Shown: piece after piece, positions 22,189-34,600 of the stretch
How the letters are laid out: each line of letters starts with the position of its first letter
Position numbering within the stretch: the stretch's first letter is position 1
Assembly (NCBI GenBank): GCA_023205875.1
Contig: CP060771.1
Span: 372,001 to 436,000 of the forward strand
DNA length: 64,000 bases
DNA from: Chloropicon primus
Taxonomy: Eukaryota
Reading direction: 5' to 3'
The notes under the pieces: model-generated
What the model saw: only the letters and a program-made list of their open reading frames with translations
Told to the model about the DNA's origin: nothing
Database searches by the model: none
Made by a program: the position numbers and the translations under genes

Positions 22189-24093
22189 ATGGCATCGAGC
22201 TTCCACACCCCTCCGCCGGCGACCACCCGAGGCACCAAGGTGTCCAAGTCGAGCACAAAGAAAAGGGGAGGCAGAAGCAGCCAGAGAGGCAAGGCACTGA
22301 AGACGCCTCTGTCGACTTTGTTGAAGAAAGCATCAGAGAATCGCGTGCTTCGTGATGCAAAGCTCGTGTCCATGGCGAATCACGTCCTTGCAAGTGCTGG
22401 CCTGGTTGCCACAGTGAGAACGCCGAACGACGTGAGGGCGGTGTGCTCGTCGACGAGCGTCCTTGTGGCTTCTTATGAAGCAGTTGTGGGTGAGAAGATC
22501 ACGGGAATCATCCGGAGGCCAGCAAACGTGCAGGAGCGTGCGATGAACTGCGATGCTGTGATCCACAAGCTCCAGGAGAATGTCCTCGGCACGGACTTGA
22601 GGCATATCAGCGGGGAGAGGATAACCCAAGGCAACCTGCAGGACACGTACGACCTTCTCGAGATTCTGTCAGCCTTGGGAGACAAATGGACGTTTGCCAC
22701 GCCAATCAAGACGCCTGCATCTCAAGTGAAGAAGCGGAGCGCCATGAAGAGCTTCTTGAAGTCAGCGGAGAAACCCAAAGCGTCGGCGCCGGCGAGCCTC
22801 CGGAAGAAGCTGATCATGGACGACGCGACGCTGGCGGAGGAGGAAGGTCTGGGTGGTGGACACATGGCCGCCAGGGCCTCTGCAACCAAGGCGGCAAAGG
22901 CAAGGCAGAGCAATGCCTCTGCTTTGGATGAGGAGGACTCTTCCTCGGATGACACGAAGACTCTCAAGGAGAAGCTGCAAGAACTTTTGGTCAGCACCGT
23001 GCAGCAGAAGAGGAAAGAGGCGATGGAGGAGGAGAGGAAGAAGGACCGTGCTTTGCAGCAAAGGTCCATTGCAATGCAGGAGGATCAAGATCAAGACCGG
23101 GCAAGCTCGAAGAAGAAGGTCGTGCGGTTCCGCGAGAGCAACTCCAATGCGAGGAAGGCGGCGACGGCGGCGGCGGGGCCGGGGCCGCAAGGCGACGAGA
23201 ACAAAAGGCCAAGCCATCCAAAGCAAGCGTCGAAGAAGGTGCAGCAAGGAGGCAAGGCGCATCATTGCCAATCCAAAGCAAAGAAGAAGGCGGACTCTCA
23301 GGCCAAGAAGGATCGTGAGGGCGCTAGGGACTTGGCGGAGATGCTCTTGGTTCACGACAAGGTGGAGCGTTATGTCGAGTTCGACCGTGCGGTGAGGAAG
23401 CTGTCAGAGATGCGGTTCAGCTCTGGGGAGCAAGAGTCCCGTCTGTCCAAGGTAGCCGAGCATTCGGTTGCGGACAGCGAGAGGAGAATGGCCACGATGA
23501 GATTAAGCTGGCTGAAGAGCCAGCGCGCGCAGACCAGGCACTCGATGGCCCTGGAAGAGAAGCGGTCACTGGCTCAGCAGAGGGGCTTGCTTCACTCGGC
23601 AAGGGTGGAGAGCATCAAAGCCAGGAGGTTCCAGCAAAGGGTGGAGCAGCTTCGAAGGTCGAATGAGAGCCGCTTGGAGAGCGCGGAGGTCGCGGAGTTT
23701 CGAACGATTTTCAACAAGGCCATCGAGTGCGAGAAGGAGATCATCCTGGACAGGAGGCGAGAGGCTTCGAGGGAAAGGAAGACGAACGAGATGACCAAGC
23801 TGCGAGACAATACCCTTGAGAGGGAGGAGAAGCTTCGGGCGCATTTTGAGGCGCTCACCGAGGAGTTCAAGGCCGAGCTCATGGAGGCAGCCAAGGAAGA
23901 GAAGCAGGAGGACTCACTGAAGCGGCTGTACGAGCGGGAAGAGAGGCTCAGGATCTCCCAGGAGAGGGAGAAGGCAATGGAGTTCCTTGCCCCCCTCACG
24001 GTGGACGCCTTTTCGTCGATCTCCATCAACAAGAGCCAGGTCAACAGCATGCAAGTCGGAGTAAAAAAGTACATGAGGCAAATGAGGTCATGA
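22189..24093 (+). CDS. CEP95-like centrosomal coiled-coil protein (N-terminal DUF5745/CH-like domain)
   Basis: SVLVASYEAVVGEKI...NCDAVIHKLQENVLGTDLRHISGERITQGN..DLLEIL resembles the CEP95 N-terminus as recalled; long C-terminal coiled coil. Confidence 0.7.
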   Translation: MASSFHTPPPATTRGTKVSKSSTKKRGGRSSQRGKALKTPLSTLLKKASENRVLRDAKLVSMANHVLASAGLVATVRTPNDVRAVCSSTSVLVASYEAVVGEKITGIIRRPANVQERAMNCDAVIHKLQENVLGTDLRHISGERITQGNLQDTYDLLEILSALGDKWTFATPIKTPASQVKKRSAMKSFLKSAEKPKASAPASLRKKLIMDDATLAEEEGLGGGHMAARASATKAAKARQSNASALDEEDSSSDDTKTLKEKLQELLVSTVQQKRKEAMEEERKKDRALQQRSIAMQEDQDQDRASSKKKVVRFRESNSNARKAATAAAGPGPQGDENKRPSHPKQASKKVQQGGKAHHCQSKAKKKADSQAKKDREGARDLAEMLLVHDKVERYVEFDRAVRKLSEMRFSSGEQESRLSKVAEHSVADSERRMATMRLSWLKSQRAQTRHSMALEEKRSLAQQRGLLHSARVESIKARRFQQRVEQLRRSNESRLESAEVAEFRTIFNKAIECEKEIILDRRREASRERKTNEMTKLRDNTLEREEKLRAHFEALTEEFKAELMEAAKEEKQEDSLKRLYEREERLRISQEREKAMEFLAPLTVDAFSSISINKSQVNSMQVGVKKYMRQMRS

Positions 24094-24148
24094 AAGAGTA
24101 AATGATCATTAAATACACTCAATCATGAGCAGCTTGCTTGCCCCCGCG

Positions 24149-24780
24149 CTACTGAACTCTCCACCCTCTCATCTTCCTCAAGACCGTCTTGGCACAATAG
24201 GCCTTGCACAGGATCTCCTGCACCCACAAGTCGTCGTCGTCGTTGTCCTCCGTCTCTCCCTCCTCGGGCTCCCTGTCTCTGCTCAGGTCTCGGCAAACCT
24301 TCTTCACTTCCTTGATGTGCTCTGGGTCCTGGGTGTGCAAAGCCGTCGTGCACAGAGACAGCAAATCCTCCAAATCATGAACCTGCTTGCCGTTCTGCCC
24401 CTCCACAAAGTCTGACCCACCGATCACCTATCACACGACGACGACGACGACGGAGGCCGCGCAGCGAGCAAAGCAACACGCCTGGTCAATATGGACCCCC
24501 CCCCCGAGCACCGAGAGACTTCACTTACCTGCATCAGGCGCTTTTCAAAGTTCAAAGCATACTTCTTGACAACTTTGTAGTTCTTGCCAACCTTCCTGGG
24601 GCTCTGTCCCTTCCCCTTCCCCTTCCTCTTCTTCCTCTGCGGCTCCTCTTGGGCCTCTTCCCTCTCGCTCGTCGTCGCCTCGGGGCCATCCCGCCTCCCC
24701 AACCACCGCAGATTCTCCGCCTCCTCCTGAACCTCAAGCGCCAGGCTCTGTATTGTCGCCCTCCAGTCCTCCTGCGCCAT
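24149..24780 (-). CDS. Small hypothetical protein; intron 24428-24528
   Basis: The MAQEDW...LMQ exon splices in frame to VIGGSDF...WRVQ through GTAAG/TAG. Confidence 0.6.
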
Positions 24781-25162
24781 CCCTTCACTCAATCCCTCAC
24801 CTCACTCGAGTCCAGCCACAACACAAAACATCAACCATTCAGTCTCTCGCATCCTCATCACGACGCCATTCCTTTCGAGCGAGAGCTCTTTCGAAAGATC
24901 GCGATGTAACGGTTCCCATCGTAACGCTATCCCTCGCCTCCCTCGCCGTCTTCGTCGCCGTCCTCGTCGCCAACTTACCTGAATCCTTCTCCTCGCCGTC
25001 TTCACGCCGTCGTCGTCTACTGAGAAGAGAGCGAGAGAGAGGAGGGAGGGATGGGTGGAGGAATGGATTGATTGGTTGATTACGTACGATAGGGGAAGAG
25101 GGAGGGAACGAGGATCAAACATCGGGAGACTAGACGTCGAGATCTTTCGTTTGGTACCTCGT

Positions 25163-25362
25163 TTGACCATTTTGGAGTCCGGAGTCCTCGACAACTTGTT
25201 GTTGAAGAGGATCTGAAGGTGTCGAAGCATCGAACAGAGGACTCTTGTCGAGGACAGTGACGACGAGAGAGAAAGTAAGGGGACTCGAGGAAGGAGTCAG
25301 TCGAAAGACAAAGTCGCTATCTTTCGGTAGACCATTTACTCGACTCGTTTGGCGCCAGGAGT
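25163..25362 (+). repeat. ~200-bp dispersed promoter repeat, copy 2
   Basis: Near-identical to 15669-15868 (offset 9494). Confidence 0.95.
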
Positions 25363-25552
25363 AGTCGGGAAAGAGAATTTGAGCGAGAGATCAGCTTGCA
25401 GCTTGGAGCAGCTTGGAGCAGCTCGGGGATCACCTTTGTGAGGAAACGGGCGGCGAGGAGGACGAATCGAAGGGAGAAAGAGCACGCGGAGCGACGCTGT
25501 CTCCAATTGTCGTTCGAATCTTTGGTTGTTGGTGTGGTTGAGGGTGGGAGTG

Positions 25553-26290
25553 ATGGGTGCGAAGGCGAGGCGAGGCGGCCGAGGACGAGGTCGAGGACGA
25601 GGAGGGGGCAGCACAAGGAGGGGTTTGGGCGTGCGGAAGGCCGCCGCTGGGGGGACCTCGACAAGGCAAACGAGCGTGAAGGACTGGCTGGAGAGCCAGG
25701 GAGGAAGGGACACGACGGCGCGAGAGGGTAACCTTCAAGAGAAGAAAGGTGCGGGCGTGGGGGGACCGGAAGCGAGGAAGAGCTCGCGAGGGACGAGGGT
25801 GGGTCCTGGTGGCGACGGGGCGGCCGTGACGCCAATGACGCCGATGAAGAGCTTCCACAGCCCAAGGAAGGAGGAGGAGCAGCGGCGGCAGCTCGAGTCG
25901 GAATTCATTCAGACGTTCAGGCGACGGCACTCGCTGAGGCAGAAGCTGGTTGACGTCGAGAAACAGATCTATGACCTGGAGAGGCACTACCACACGGAGT
26001 TCAACACACGGGTGGGCAACGGCATGGAGGGGTACAGCTTCGACTTTCTTGCGGAGACGGTGGCAGAGAGCAAGGAAAAAGAGGCCTCCAAGGACGCCAA
26101 AACAGAGGCGGAAGCGGCGGGTGCGTCTGCGGCATCGAAGGATGGCGAAGCAGGGGACAAGACCAAGACGGCGTCCCGCCCGGGGGAGGCCGCCGAATAC
26201 GTATTTTTGTTCTCAAAGTCTTCCACCAGTTCCCCGCTGATGGCGGCGCCGCAGCCTGCACCAGGTTCGGTGCCCCAGGAAGCCAAGTGA
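25553..26290 (+). CDS. EAF6: NuA4/NuA3 histone acetyltransferase subunit Eaf6-like
   Basis: LVDVEKQIYDLERHY...GNGMEGY and C-terminal LFSKSSTSS match the Eaf6 pattern. Confidence 0.75.
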   Translation: MGAKARRGGRGRGRGRGGGSTRRGLGVRKAAAGGTSTRQTSVKDWLESQGGRDTTAREGNLQEKKGAGVGGPEARKSSRGTRVGPGGDGAAVTPMTPMKSFHSPRKEEEQRRQLESEFIQTFRRRHSLRQKLVDVEKQIYDLERHYHTEFNTRVGNGMEGYSFDFLAETVAESKEKEASKDAKTEAEAAGASAASKDGEAGDKTKTASRPGEAAEYVFLFSKSSTSSPLMAAPQPAPGSVPQEAK

Positions 26291-26365
26291 ATCAAGGCGC
26301 GAGGACGTGCGGAAATAAACGTTTGATTATAATTGAGACACTGTACTGAAACAAAACGGAGTTTC

Positions 26366-26940
26366 TTAAAGAATGAATCGAGACAAGTCCGTCTGCTGAA
26401 CGAGGTGGCCGACCTTGTCCTGAACGTCCTGCTTGTCAATGACGATGTGGCACTCCCTCCCTTCCTCTCTCGCTTTCCTTCCCTCCTCACTCGCGTCGAA
26501 ACTAACTTCGTCCAACACGCGTTCCAAGACCGTGTGCAGCCTCCTCGCTCCGATGTTATCCACGTACCTGTTCACCTCGGACGCCACGTGAGCAATCTCT
26601 CTCACGGCATCGTCGGTGATCACGAGCTCGACGTCCTCGGTAGCCAGGAGGGCCTTTTGCTGGACGATCATGTTGTTGTCAGGTTCGGTCAATATCCTGT
26701 AGAGGTCCTCTTTGGTCAGACCGGTGAGCTCCACCCGAATCGGAAGTCGGCCTTGGAGCTCCGCAAGCATGTCACTCGGCTTCACGCTATGGAACGCACC
26801 GCTTGCGATGAAGAGCATGTGGTTCGTGCTCACTTGGCCGTGCTTTGTGTTGACGAGGGATCCCTCGACAATCGGGAGCAAGTCCTGCTGCACACCTTCG
26901 CTCGAGGCTTCCGTGCCACTCCTGGCGTCACTCGCCGTCA

Positions 26941-26971
<31 letters not shown>

Positions 26972-28222
26972 TCCTTCCTCCTCCGCAATCTTGATGGCCT
27001 CCTTCGTAATGTTGTCGGCGTTCAAGAGCTTGTCCATCTCGAGCTCCTCGAGCAGGGGCCTCGCTTTCCCAATTTTCATGGTCTTGGTCTCCGTCGGCTT
27101 CTTTCCATCCTTCCCAAGGACCTTGTCGATCTTGATGATCATGTCCGACATGTTCTCGATCGCTGGAGTCATGCTCGACTTGAAGATGTTCCCGAAATTG
27201 CCTTCCTTCTTGTTGTTCGGCACCTCTATCGTCACCTCCTTGTCCTCGATGGAGCCGTCCCTGTAAAACTGAGTCATGGCCCTCCTGGTCTGTGCGTCCT
27301 CTTCGCCGCCAAGAAGGCTCTGCAAGATCTTCTTCTCGACATTCGTCGCGACCTCCTCCTTCTTGATCTTCTTCCACCTGTTGCGGGTCAGGACCATGGC
27401 AGCCTCCACAAGCTCCCTCACCATCTCGTCCACGTCCCTTCCGTGAAACCCGACTTCGGTGAACTTCGTGGCCTCCACCTTGACGAAAGGGGCGTCCGCC
27501 AAGGTCGCAAGCCTCCTCGCGATCTCGGTCTTGCCGCAGCCCGTCGGACCGATCATTAGGATGTTCTTCGGCGCGATCTCCTTCCTCAACTCTTTGTCCT
27601 TCACCCGACTCCGCCTCCACCTATTCCGAAGGGCAATCGCTACGCTCCTCTTCGCATCGCTCTGTCCGACGATGTGCCTGTCCAGCATCTCGCACACGTG
27701 CTGAGGGGTGAGGACGGCCTGCGCCACGTTCGCCGCCATCTCGAGCTTCTCGCTCATGCTCTTCTCCTCCTCCTCCTCCTCCTCCCCTTCGTGTCCCGCG
27801 TCGTCGTCCTCGTCGCTTGCCGTCGTCTCTCCCACCTCCTCCGCCAGGTCACTGCCATCCCCGTCCACCTCGCTCGCACCAATCACCTCCACCACGATCT
27901 CACCACCATCCTCTCCGTCCTCCTCCCCCCCATCGCTCGTCGTCGTCGTGCTCATGCAGTAGTACTGCATGCCTCGCAGCCTCGTCGTCGTCGTCGTCGA
28001 GCAGTGAGCAGACCTCACCGCTGCTGAGGTGTAGCACCTCCCACCCTCCCGCTCAACAGACTCTACCGACGCGTGGCGGAGGTCAGGAAGGCAAGGAGCT
28101 TCCTCACCACACCTCTCCATCCATCTTCCTGCTGGTCCACCCCACGAAGCTCCAGGCTCTAACCTCCTCCTCGCCAAGAGGGCGAGGCCTCTCGTTTGGA
28201 TGGCACGTCGAGCGACGTTCAT
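26366..28222 (-). CDS. hslU: HslU (ClpY) AAA+ ATPase subunit of HslVU protease, probably mitochondrial
   Basis: IVGQSDAKRSVAIALRNRWRR, NILMIGPTGCGKTEIARRLA, VEATKFTEVG, FIDEIDKI, QGRLPIRVEL, NIGARRLHTVLE, DLSRFIL; N-terminal presequence. Confidence 0.97.
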
Positions 28223-29343
28223 CCCGAGTGACCACTCGTTCGAAAGAGAAGCAAACCCTCTCTCTCCCTGTCAACCGCACCTCGCCTCCTTCCGACCCGG
28301 AGACCCTCTCCTTCGCCTGCAAACCTTCTGACCTCTCTGACGTCACTCGCCTTTCTCGTCGCAGATCCAAATCGAGGAGCAAGGTGCTCAAATCGACGCC
28401 AAATGTTTCGAACAAAGGGTCTGCGGAAAGATCACGAGACGATCTACCTCGTGGTATCCTCCCCTTTCCGAAAAGATACCTCCCTCTCCTTCCTTTACCC
28501 TCGAAACCTTCGCCTCTCCCAAGACCTCGTCCGCCCTCTTCTCTTTGTGGATAATGGATAAATCGTAATTAAATGTCTCATTAAATTTCTCGTTAAATTT
28601 TCCTCGGATTCAAAATTCCCGCCAAATCGAAGCGACGAAGGGGACCACAGGAAAGGTGAGTGTTGGCGCGCGGTTTGGGAACGATCGCGGGGACGGGAAG
28701 CAGGGAGAGGGGTGCCATCGCCTCCTTCGTCTCGTTCTCTTTCGAATGACCCTTTGGTCGAAGGGAATGGCGTCACGCTTCGTTGATTTTGACCTCCTCG
28801 AACGTTTTGTTTGGTCCACAGGTGAGTACGAGGCGAGGAAGAGGAGGAAGAGGAGGAAGAGGAGGAGGTTTTGGCGTCATGGATCCGATCCCTCATTCGA
28901 TTCTCTTTCCTTTGAGCTCTCACTCGACCCCTGGTGAATGAAAAAAAGGAACAGACTGACAAAAAAACAAAACAAAAACGAATTCCTTTCCTGCTTCTCT
29001 TCTCTTGTTCCTCCTCTCCAGGTGGATGGATTGGAGGGGGTGATGGATTGATTGGTCGGCTGGTCTCGTCCAAGGCATTGGCTCTTTCTTTCTCTGCGTG
29101 TTTTGCTTCCTAGGGGAACTCACGCGTTTGCTCTCTCTCTTCTCTCTTCTCTCTCTGGTGAGGAAGAGGAAGAGGAAGGTCACAGTGGAGGAAAACGGAC
29201 TGAAGAAAAAAGAAAAGAGATCCTCGCTCTCTTGCTGCCTTTGTCCTTCCAGATTGATCGATTGATCGGTTGATCGATTGTCATTCTCGTCTCTCTCTCT
29301 CTCTCTCTCTGTCTGTCTGGTTGAGGAGGAAGAAGATAAGAAT

Positions 29344-30680
29344 ATGTCGACGGGGGACTTGAACTGCAACGTGAAGAGGCTTCGGGGCGTGCTGAGGGAG
29401 TTGAGGTACACCTACGCATCGTCCTTGCCGGAGGACAGGTTGAGGGAAGGCGACCCGAGCGTGCTCCTCCCGGCATTGCATTACTGCTTGCTGGGGTACT
29501 CTTCCAAGGTGGCCGCCGAGGTGAGCCGCAGGGGATACGAGCTCCAGGCCAAGACGGATGAAAGGTTCGTGGAGCACTGCTGGAGGTTCCTGAGGGAGCA
29601 CTTCAACTTGATGCCCCAGCTGAACAAGCACCAGTTCCTGAGCAAGGGATTCGCCGAGAGGAAACTGATGCTGGTCACCGAGGTCGCGAAGAAGTGCAAG
29701 GAGCTTCACTCGTCCCTGTCGAGGAAAGCAAAGCTTCAGACGAAGAGGACGCCCAAGGGAGCCCACCTCGAGAGTGTCTTCCCGCCTGTCGCCAAGCGGG
29801 CGGCGGCTCACGATGGTTCGAACTCCGGGGAAGTCAGGGAAGTCGTCGTTTCTCACGTGGACAGGGACCCCGAGTCCCCGATCCCTGTTCCGAAGACCCC
29901 GCCACGAATCATTATTTCGGGCGCCGGGGAGGCGCCAGCAGACCAGGAGCGAGTCCAGAAGGAGGACTCGGACATTGCGGAAGCGAGCAGCGAGGCGTTG
30001 TCGTCCGAGTACACGTCGGAGGATTACGAGGACGAGGAAGACGATGGCATCATCACCGAAGAAGAAGACGCCGGAGTGCAACATCCGGACGAGGAGGAGG
30101 AAGAAGAAGCTTTTCATGGTTTCAGACAGAGCCCCGTTGATTACGTGAACCACTCCCCAGCAGGCACACTGGAACAAGGTAAGGGCACCTCCGTTCCTAC
30201 TTCCTACCCCCCCCTTTCCTGTCGTCGCAAAGGCAAAGCAGAGGCGTCGCTCAAACTCACTTTCAATGATTTCGTTTTTCTCTTTGGGGCGCAGGCACGC
30301 CGAGGCAAAGGTCAAGCATCCGGGGTGGATCGACGCGGCCGTTCAGCGAGGTGCTCATGAAGGAGCAAGTAGGCCAAATTGTGTCCAAGCTCGAGTCCTT
30401 TCAAGAGAACGTACTAGCGAAGTTCCTTTTGCTTGAGGGGAGGGTGAGGCACCTGGAAGCCGCGATGACAAAGATTTCCACCGTTGAAGAACAAGCGAAG
30501 ACCGTGAACGTCGGCCACGATGCCGCAAACCCAGTGAACAACTCGGTGAGGAGGGTGGGAACGAACCCCCGCCAGCAGGGCCAGGACGAGAGAGAGCTTA
30601 GTGCGGAGACAACGTCCTTCATCGCTCAAGTGGAGGGCAGGTGCAAGCAAACACAGTTCCTTTTAGACTCGTTAGCATGA
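29344..30680 (+). CDS. CEP44: Centrosomal protein CEP44-like; intron 30179-30294
   Basis: MSTGDL...GDPSVLLPALHY..GYSSKVA...GYELQAKTDERFVE...QFLSKGFAERK matches the CEP44 domain; the splice joins the coiled-coil ORF 30351-30680 in frame. Confidence 0.85.
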
Positions 30681-31216
30681 GCAGAAGTGCACAAGCGAAC
30701 CACCACCAGGTGGTTGGGTGGGTCACCGACATAAGACTCTTACGAAGACGACACTCTGTAAACCATAGTATGGGACGGACGATCGAATTATCGATCGATT
30801 CCTTCCCTTGATGCATTGATCGAGAGACTGTCGAGTGATGACTGCAGCGCGTGCGCGCACACACACACACACCGGGAGAGGGCAGAGAGGTGGAAAGCAG
30901 CACCTTGATCAGCGCCAGATTCTTGCTCCCTTGCTCCCTCTCCTCTCGCTCGGGATGATTAGGGTTCTATTCTTGATGATGATGGGGTTCTACTCTTGTT
31001 CCCCCTCTCTCTCGCTCCGCCACCGCCAACCTTTGTGCACGATGCCCTCCCTTCTCCCGTGGCTATCCGTCCCTGCAGCAACTGCAGCAACAGAGAGACA
31101 GACAGACAGAAGAGAGAGAGAGAGAGACCAGGAGGCAAGCAGCATCTTGATCAGCACAACATTCTTGTCACATTGCCTTGTCCTCAATCGTGATCACTTA
31201 ACATCATCATCATCAT

Positions 31217-31247
<31 letters not shown>

Positions 31248-31612
31248 CACATCTGGAAAGGGACGAAGGAGGCGGCAGCCGGACGGAGGAGAGGGAGAGA
31301 GGGAGAGGGAGAGAGGAAGACGAAGTGCAAGAGGGGGATACCGTGCGAAGTGTCTTGTCGAGAGCTTTCAAAAGAGCCCTCGCTCGACCATTTCGACAAC
31401 CGGAGTCCTCGACGGCTTCTTCATGAAGAGGATCTGAAGGTCTCGAAGCACCGAAGGAGTGACGTTTTGAGGCGGGGGGGGGGAGAGGGAGAGGGGAGGA
31501 GGGGTCGAAAGGCTGGATTGTTGGAAAGATTGTCTCGCGAGTTTTCTCCTGACTGGTCGGTGGAAAGGAATGACGCTGTTTTGAGGATTTGAGCTCCAAC
31601 AGAAGAGAAAAG

Positions 31613-34600
31613 ATGTTGTCCACAGAGGAGGAGGAGGAGGAGGTGATTTGGAAGTGCTTCGGTCCGAGAGGGACGGAGCGAGGGGAACAGCGCGATGAAG
31701 TGGCGACGACGACGACGACGGATGCCGAGGAGATGAAGAGAGCCCTCAATATCCTGGAAAAAATAAGCTGCAAGGGAGAAATCAGAGGATTAACTTGTGC
31801 ACCCTGCACTGGGCCGTGCACGACGATATGGAACGCCGGGGCATTGGCGTACAGGTGTCGGACTTGCCAGGTGAATGACTCGAGTGCGATTTGTCCGGAG
31901 TGTTTTGCTGCCGGAGACCACGAGGGGCACGACTATTCGCTCTACGTGAGCGACCACGGAGGGTGCTGCGACTGCGGGGACGAGCTCTCGTGGCGGAAGG
32001 AGGGGTTCTGCAAGCGGCATGGAGGTGCCTGTGGCAGCATGGACGTGGATGCTCAAGGGGTCTCGTCCTTCTCCCCTGAAATGAAGGAGAGCATCCAGAC
32101 CATGTTCAACGTCGTGGCGAAGAAGCTCGTGCACATCGTTCTCCACAACGTGGCTGAGTGCGCCGGCGCAAAGGCCTCGCCCCTGCACGCCCGACTCAAC
32201 TTCGAGGGGGAGGAAGTCGCCAAAGAATTGCTGCTGTGGATCAGCACGAAGACGGAGGACTTTGCAGAATCGAGGGAGTTGATGTGCCACTCGTTCCTCT
32301 TGGAGGCGTCGAGTGAAATGGCGGCGGGAGAGCCGGGGAACGGGGCGCGCGGGATACTCGAGGAGCTCGATGCGCAGGCCACGGCTCGGTTGCGGCGGCT
32401 CTTCGCGGAGAATGCAGTTCTTGAGAGGGATGTGATGACGGCGTGCGTCGACCCGACCACGGCGGACGACATGGTGGAGGATGGGAACAATGCCAAAGCA
32501 TCCAACGTTGTCTTTTGGCTGCTCATGACGCTCAAGTACTTGCCGAGCAGCCTGGTCGACGCGCTGACGACGTGCATACTGCGGCTGACGTACAACGAGG
32601 ACTTCAAGTACGAGTTCACGAAGCTGATGATACTGGGGTACCACGTGGTTTGCGATGTGGAGACGATGAATCTGGTTCACGACCCGCACAACTTGGATAG
32701 GAGCATGCACAGAAACTTTTTGACGAGGCTGACCGTCCAGCTCTTCAACTGCCCGATCATGACCCTGGAGCTGGTCCAGATGAACAATCTGCTGGACACC
32801 GTCTTTCAATTTTTGGATAACTTGCTGTGGAGGTGCTGCACCGGAATGCCGGAGGACGGCGGGAGGGTCAACATAAGAAGCCGTTACATCGTGGACAAGA
32901 TGTACAGTAGAACGCTGGGGGATATTCAAATGATACTGGAGCACCGAACGAGTGTCGTCCCGCACTTGCTGGAGAACAGGATCGACCTCTTTCACAAGAT
33001 GTTGGAGGCGTTTGAGAAGCTGCAAGGGATGAATGAATACCGCAGGAAGCGGGGGGATCACGTGGAAAGGGAGAACACGGATTGGATCAATTGCGTCATG
33101 TTAGAATCAGAGATGTTTCTGAACATGTTCGAACAGCTCTTTTCGGGGATGACTCAGGGCATCACAGGCTCGTCGCGGGGAGGACGAGCCATTCGGGAAA
33201 ACATCTGGGCCATGGGAGGGCAGGCTATCGCGTTCACGAAAGAATGGGTGGCGAAAGATTCCACGCGAAGGATGGCAAGGGCGGACGCTTCCGCGGACAT
33301 TGACTACGAGTCTGACACGATCTTTGAAAGGCTGTTCAAGGGCGAGGACGTCTCCATCAATCTGCCGATGCACCGCGTTTGCGCGAGAATGCTGCAGTAC
33401 TTTGCCAACAAGGTGGCCCTAGAGGACGGGGACCAGGGCCGAACGGGGAAGGAGCTGGGTGAGGCGAAGATGAACAAGCTGCTGGAGTTTGTCCAAGCGC
33501 ACAGGGAAGACATCTTGTCGGTCATAGAGCCCATCCTGAAAGCTCAGGCGTTCATGATGCAGGTTCGACTTGGCCTGTGGGTGAGGAATGGCGAGGAGGT
33601 GCTGAAGCTTCAGAGGACGTACAACACGGCCATGTGGTTCTGGCACGAAATATCCTGGGAGCTCGACAGTTTCCTCCTCAAGGTTTGGGTCGGTGCCGCC
33701 AAGGATTCTTCCGAGGCCCTGCGGACCCTCGTAGATTGTTTCGGCGGCAAGTTCCTCATGAACATCAAATCGCTTCAAGACGTGGGGACGAGCGAGACAG
33801 AAAGGATTCCACTCGTCTCTGAGCTCCTTCAAGAGCTCGTGAAGATCCTCCTGGACAGGAGTTGCGTGTACTCCCCCAAGGAGAGCGTCCGGCGCGGTCT
33901 CATCCACTGGCTCTTCGTGAACGAGAGGCAGACCCACTCGAAGCTGATGCATTTGCTTTCTCTGAGTCACAGGAATTACAAGGGCATTGATGACATCCTC
34001 AACGAGATCGCTGACTACCACGAGCCGAAGCTCGAGGAGCACGGGCAGTACAAGCTGAAGGCGGAGTGCTGGAAGGAGTTTGATATTTTCTTCCCGCTCT
34101 ACTCAAAGGCGGACTTGCAGAAAGCCTTGGAGAACGCCGAGCAGTCGAACAGCTGGAATCCAGACATGCAATTCAAGGGAGTGGACCTCCTGGAGGGTGA
34201 TCCCCTTCAGTTCGTGTTCAGGGTTCTGGACAACGGCCTCTTCTACCAATTGATTTGGTCTGCGCTGCTCGTGTCCCTGAAAAAGCCGTCCGGCTACGCG
34301 GAGGGAGCCGTGAACACGGTCTTGCACCTGATTTACCACGCCATGGACCAAACGGAGAGAGGGGGGACTACTGGTGGGACGGGAGGTGTGCCATCTGCGG
34401 CTGGATTTGCGAGCAATGATCTGAAGGCATCCTTGGCTTTCCGTCCCGGACGTGGTGGTGGTGAACCATCTATTCTTGAGATGCTTCACCACGTCGCGGA
34501 CATCCGTTACAGTTACGACGACGAGAGGAGTCGTAACGCATCGGCATCGGATGGGAGGGGGTTTTCTCTGCAGCCGTTTGGAGCGAGCGAGAACCTCAAG

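Noticed and set aside
30700..31330. ORFs and simple repeats between CEP44 and PRT6 (and similar spacers such as 9150-9650 and 50900-51500)
   Set aside because: Low-complexity (GA)n, (CA)n, (GCT)n and (GAT)n microsatellites typical of all spacers here.
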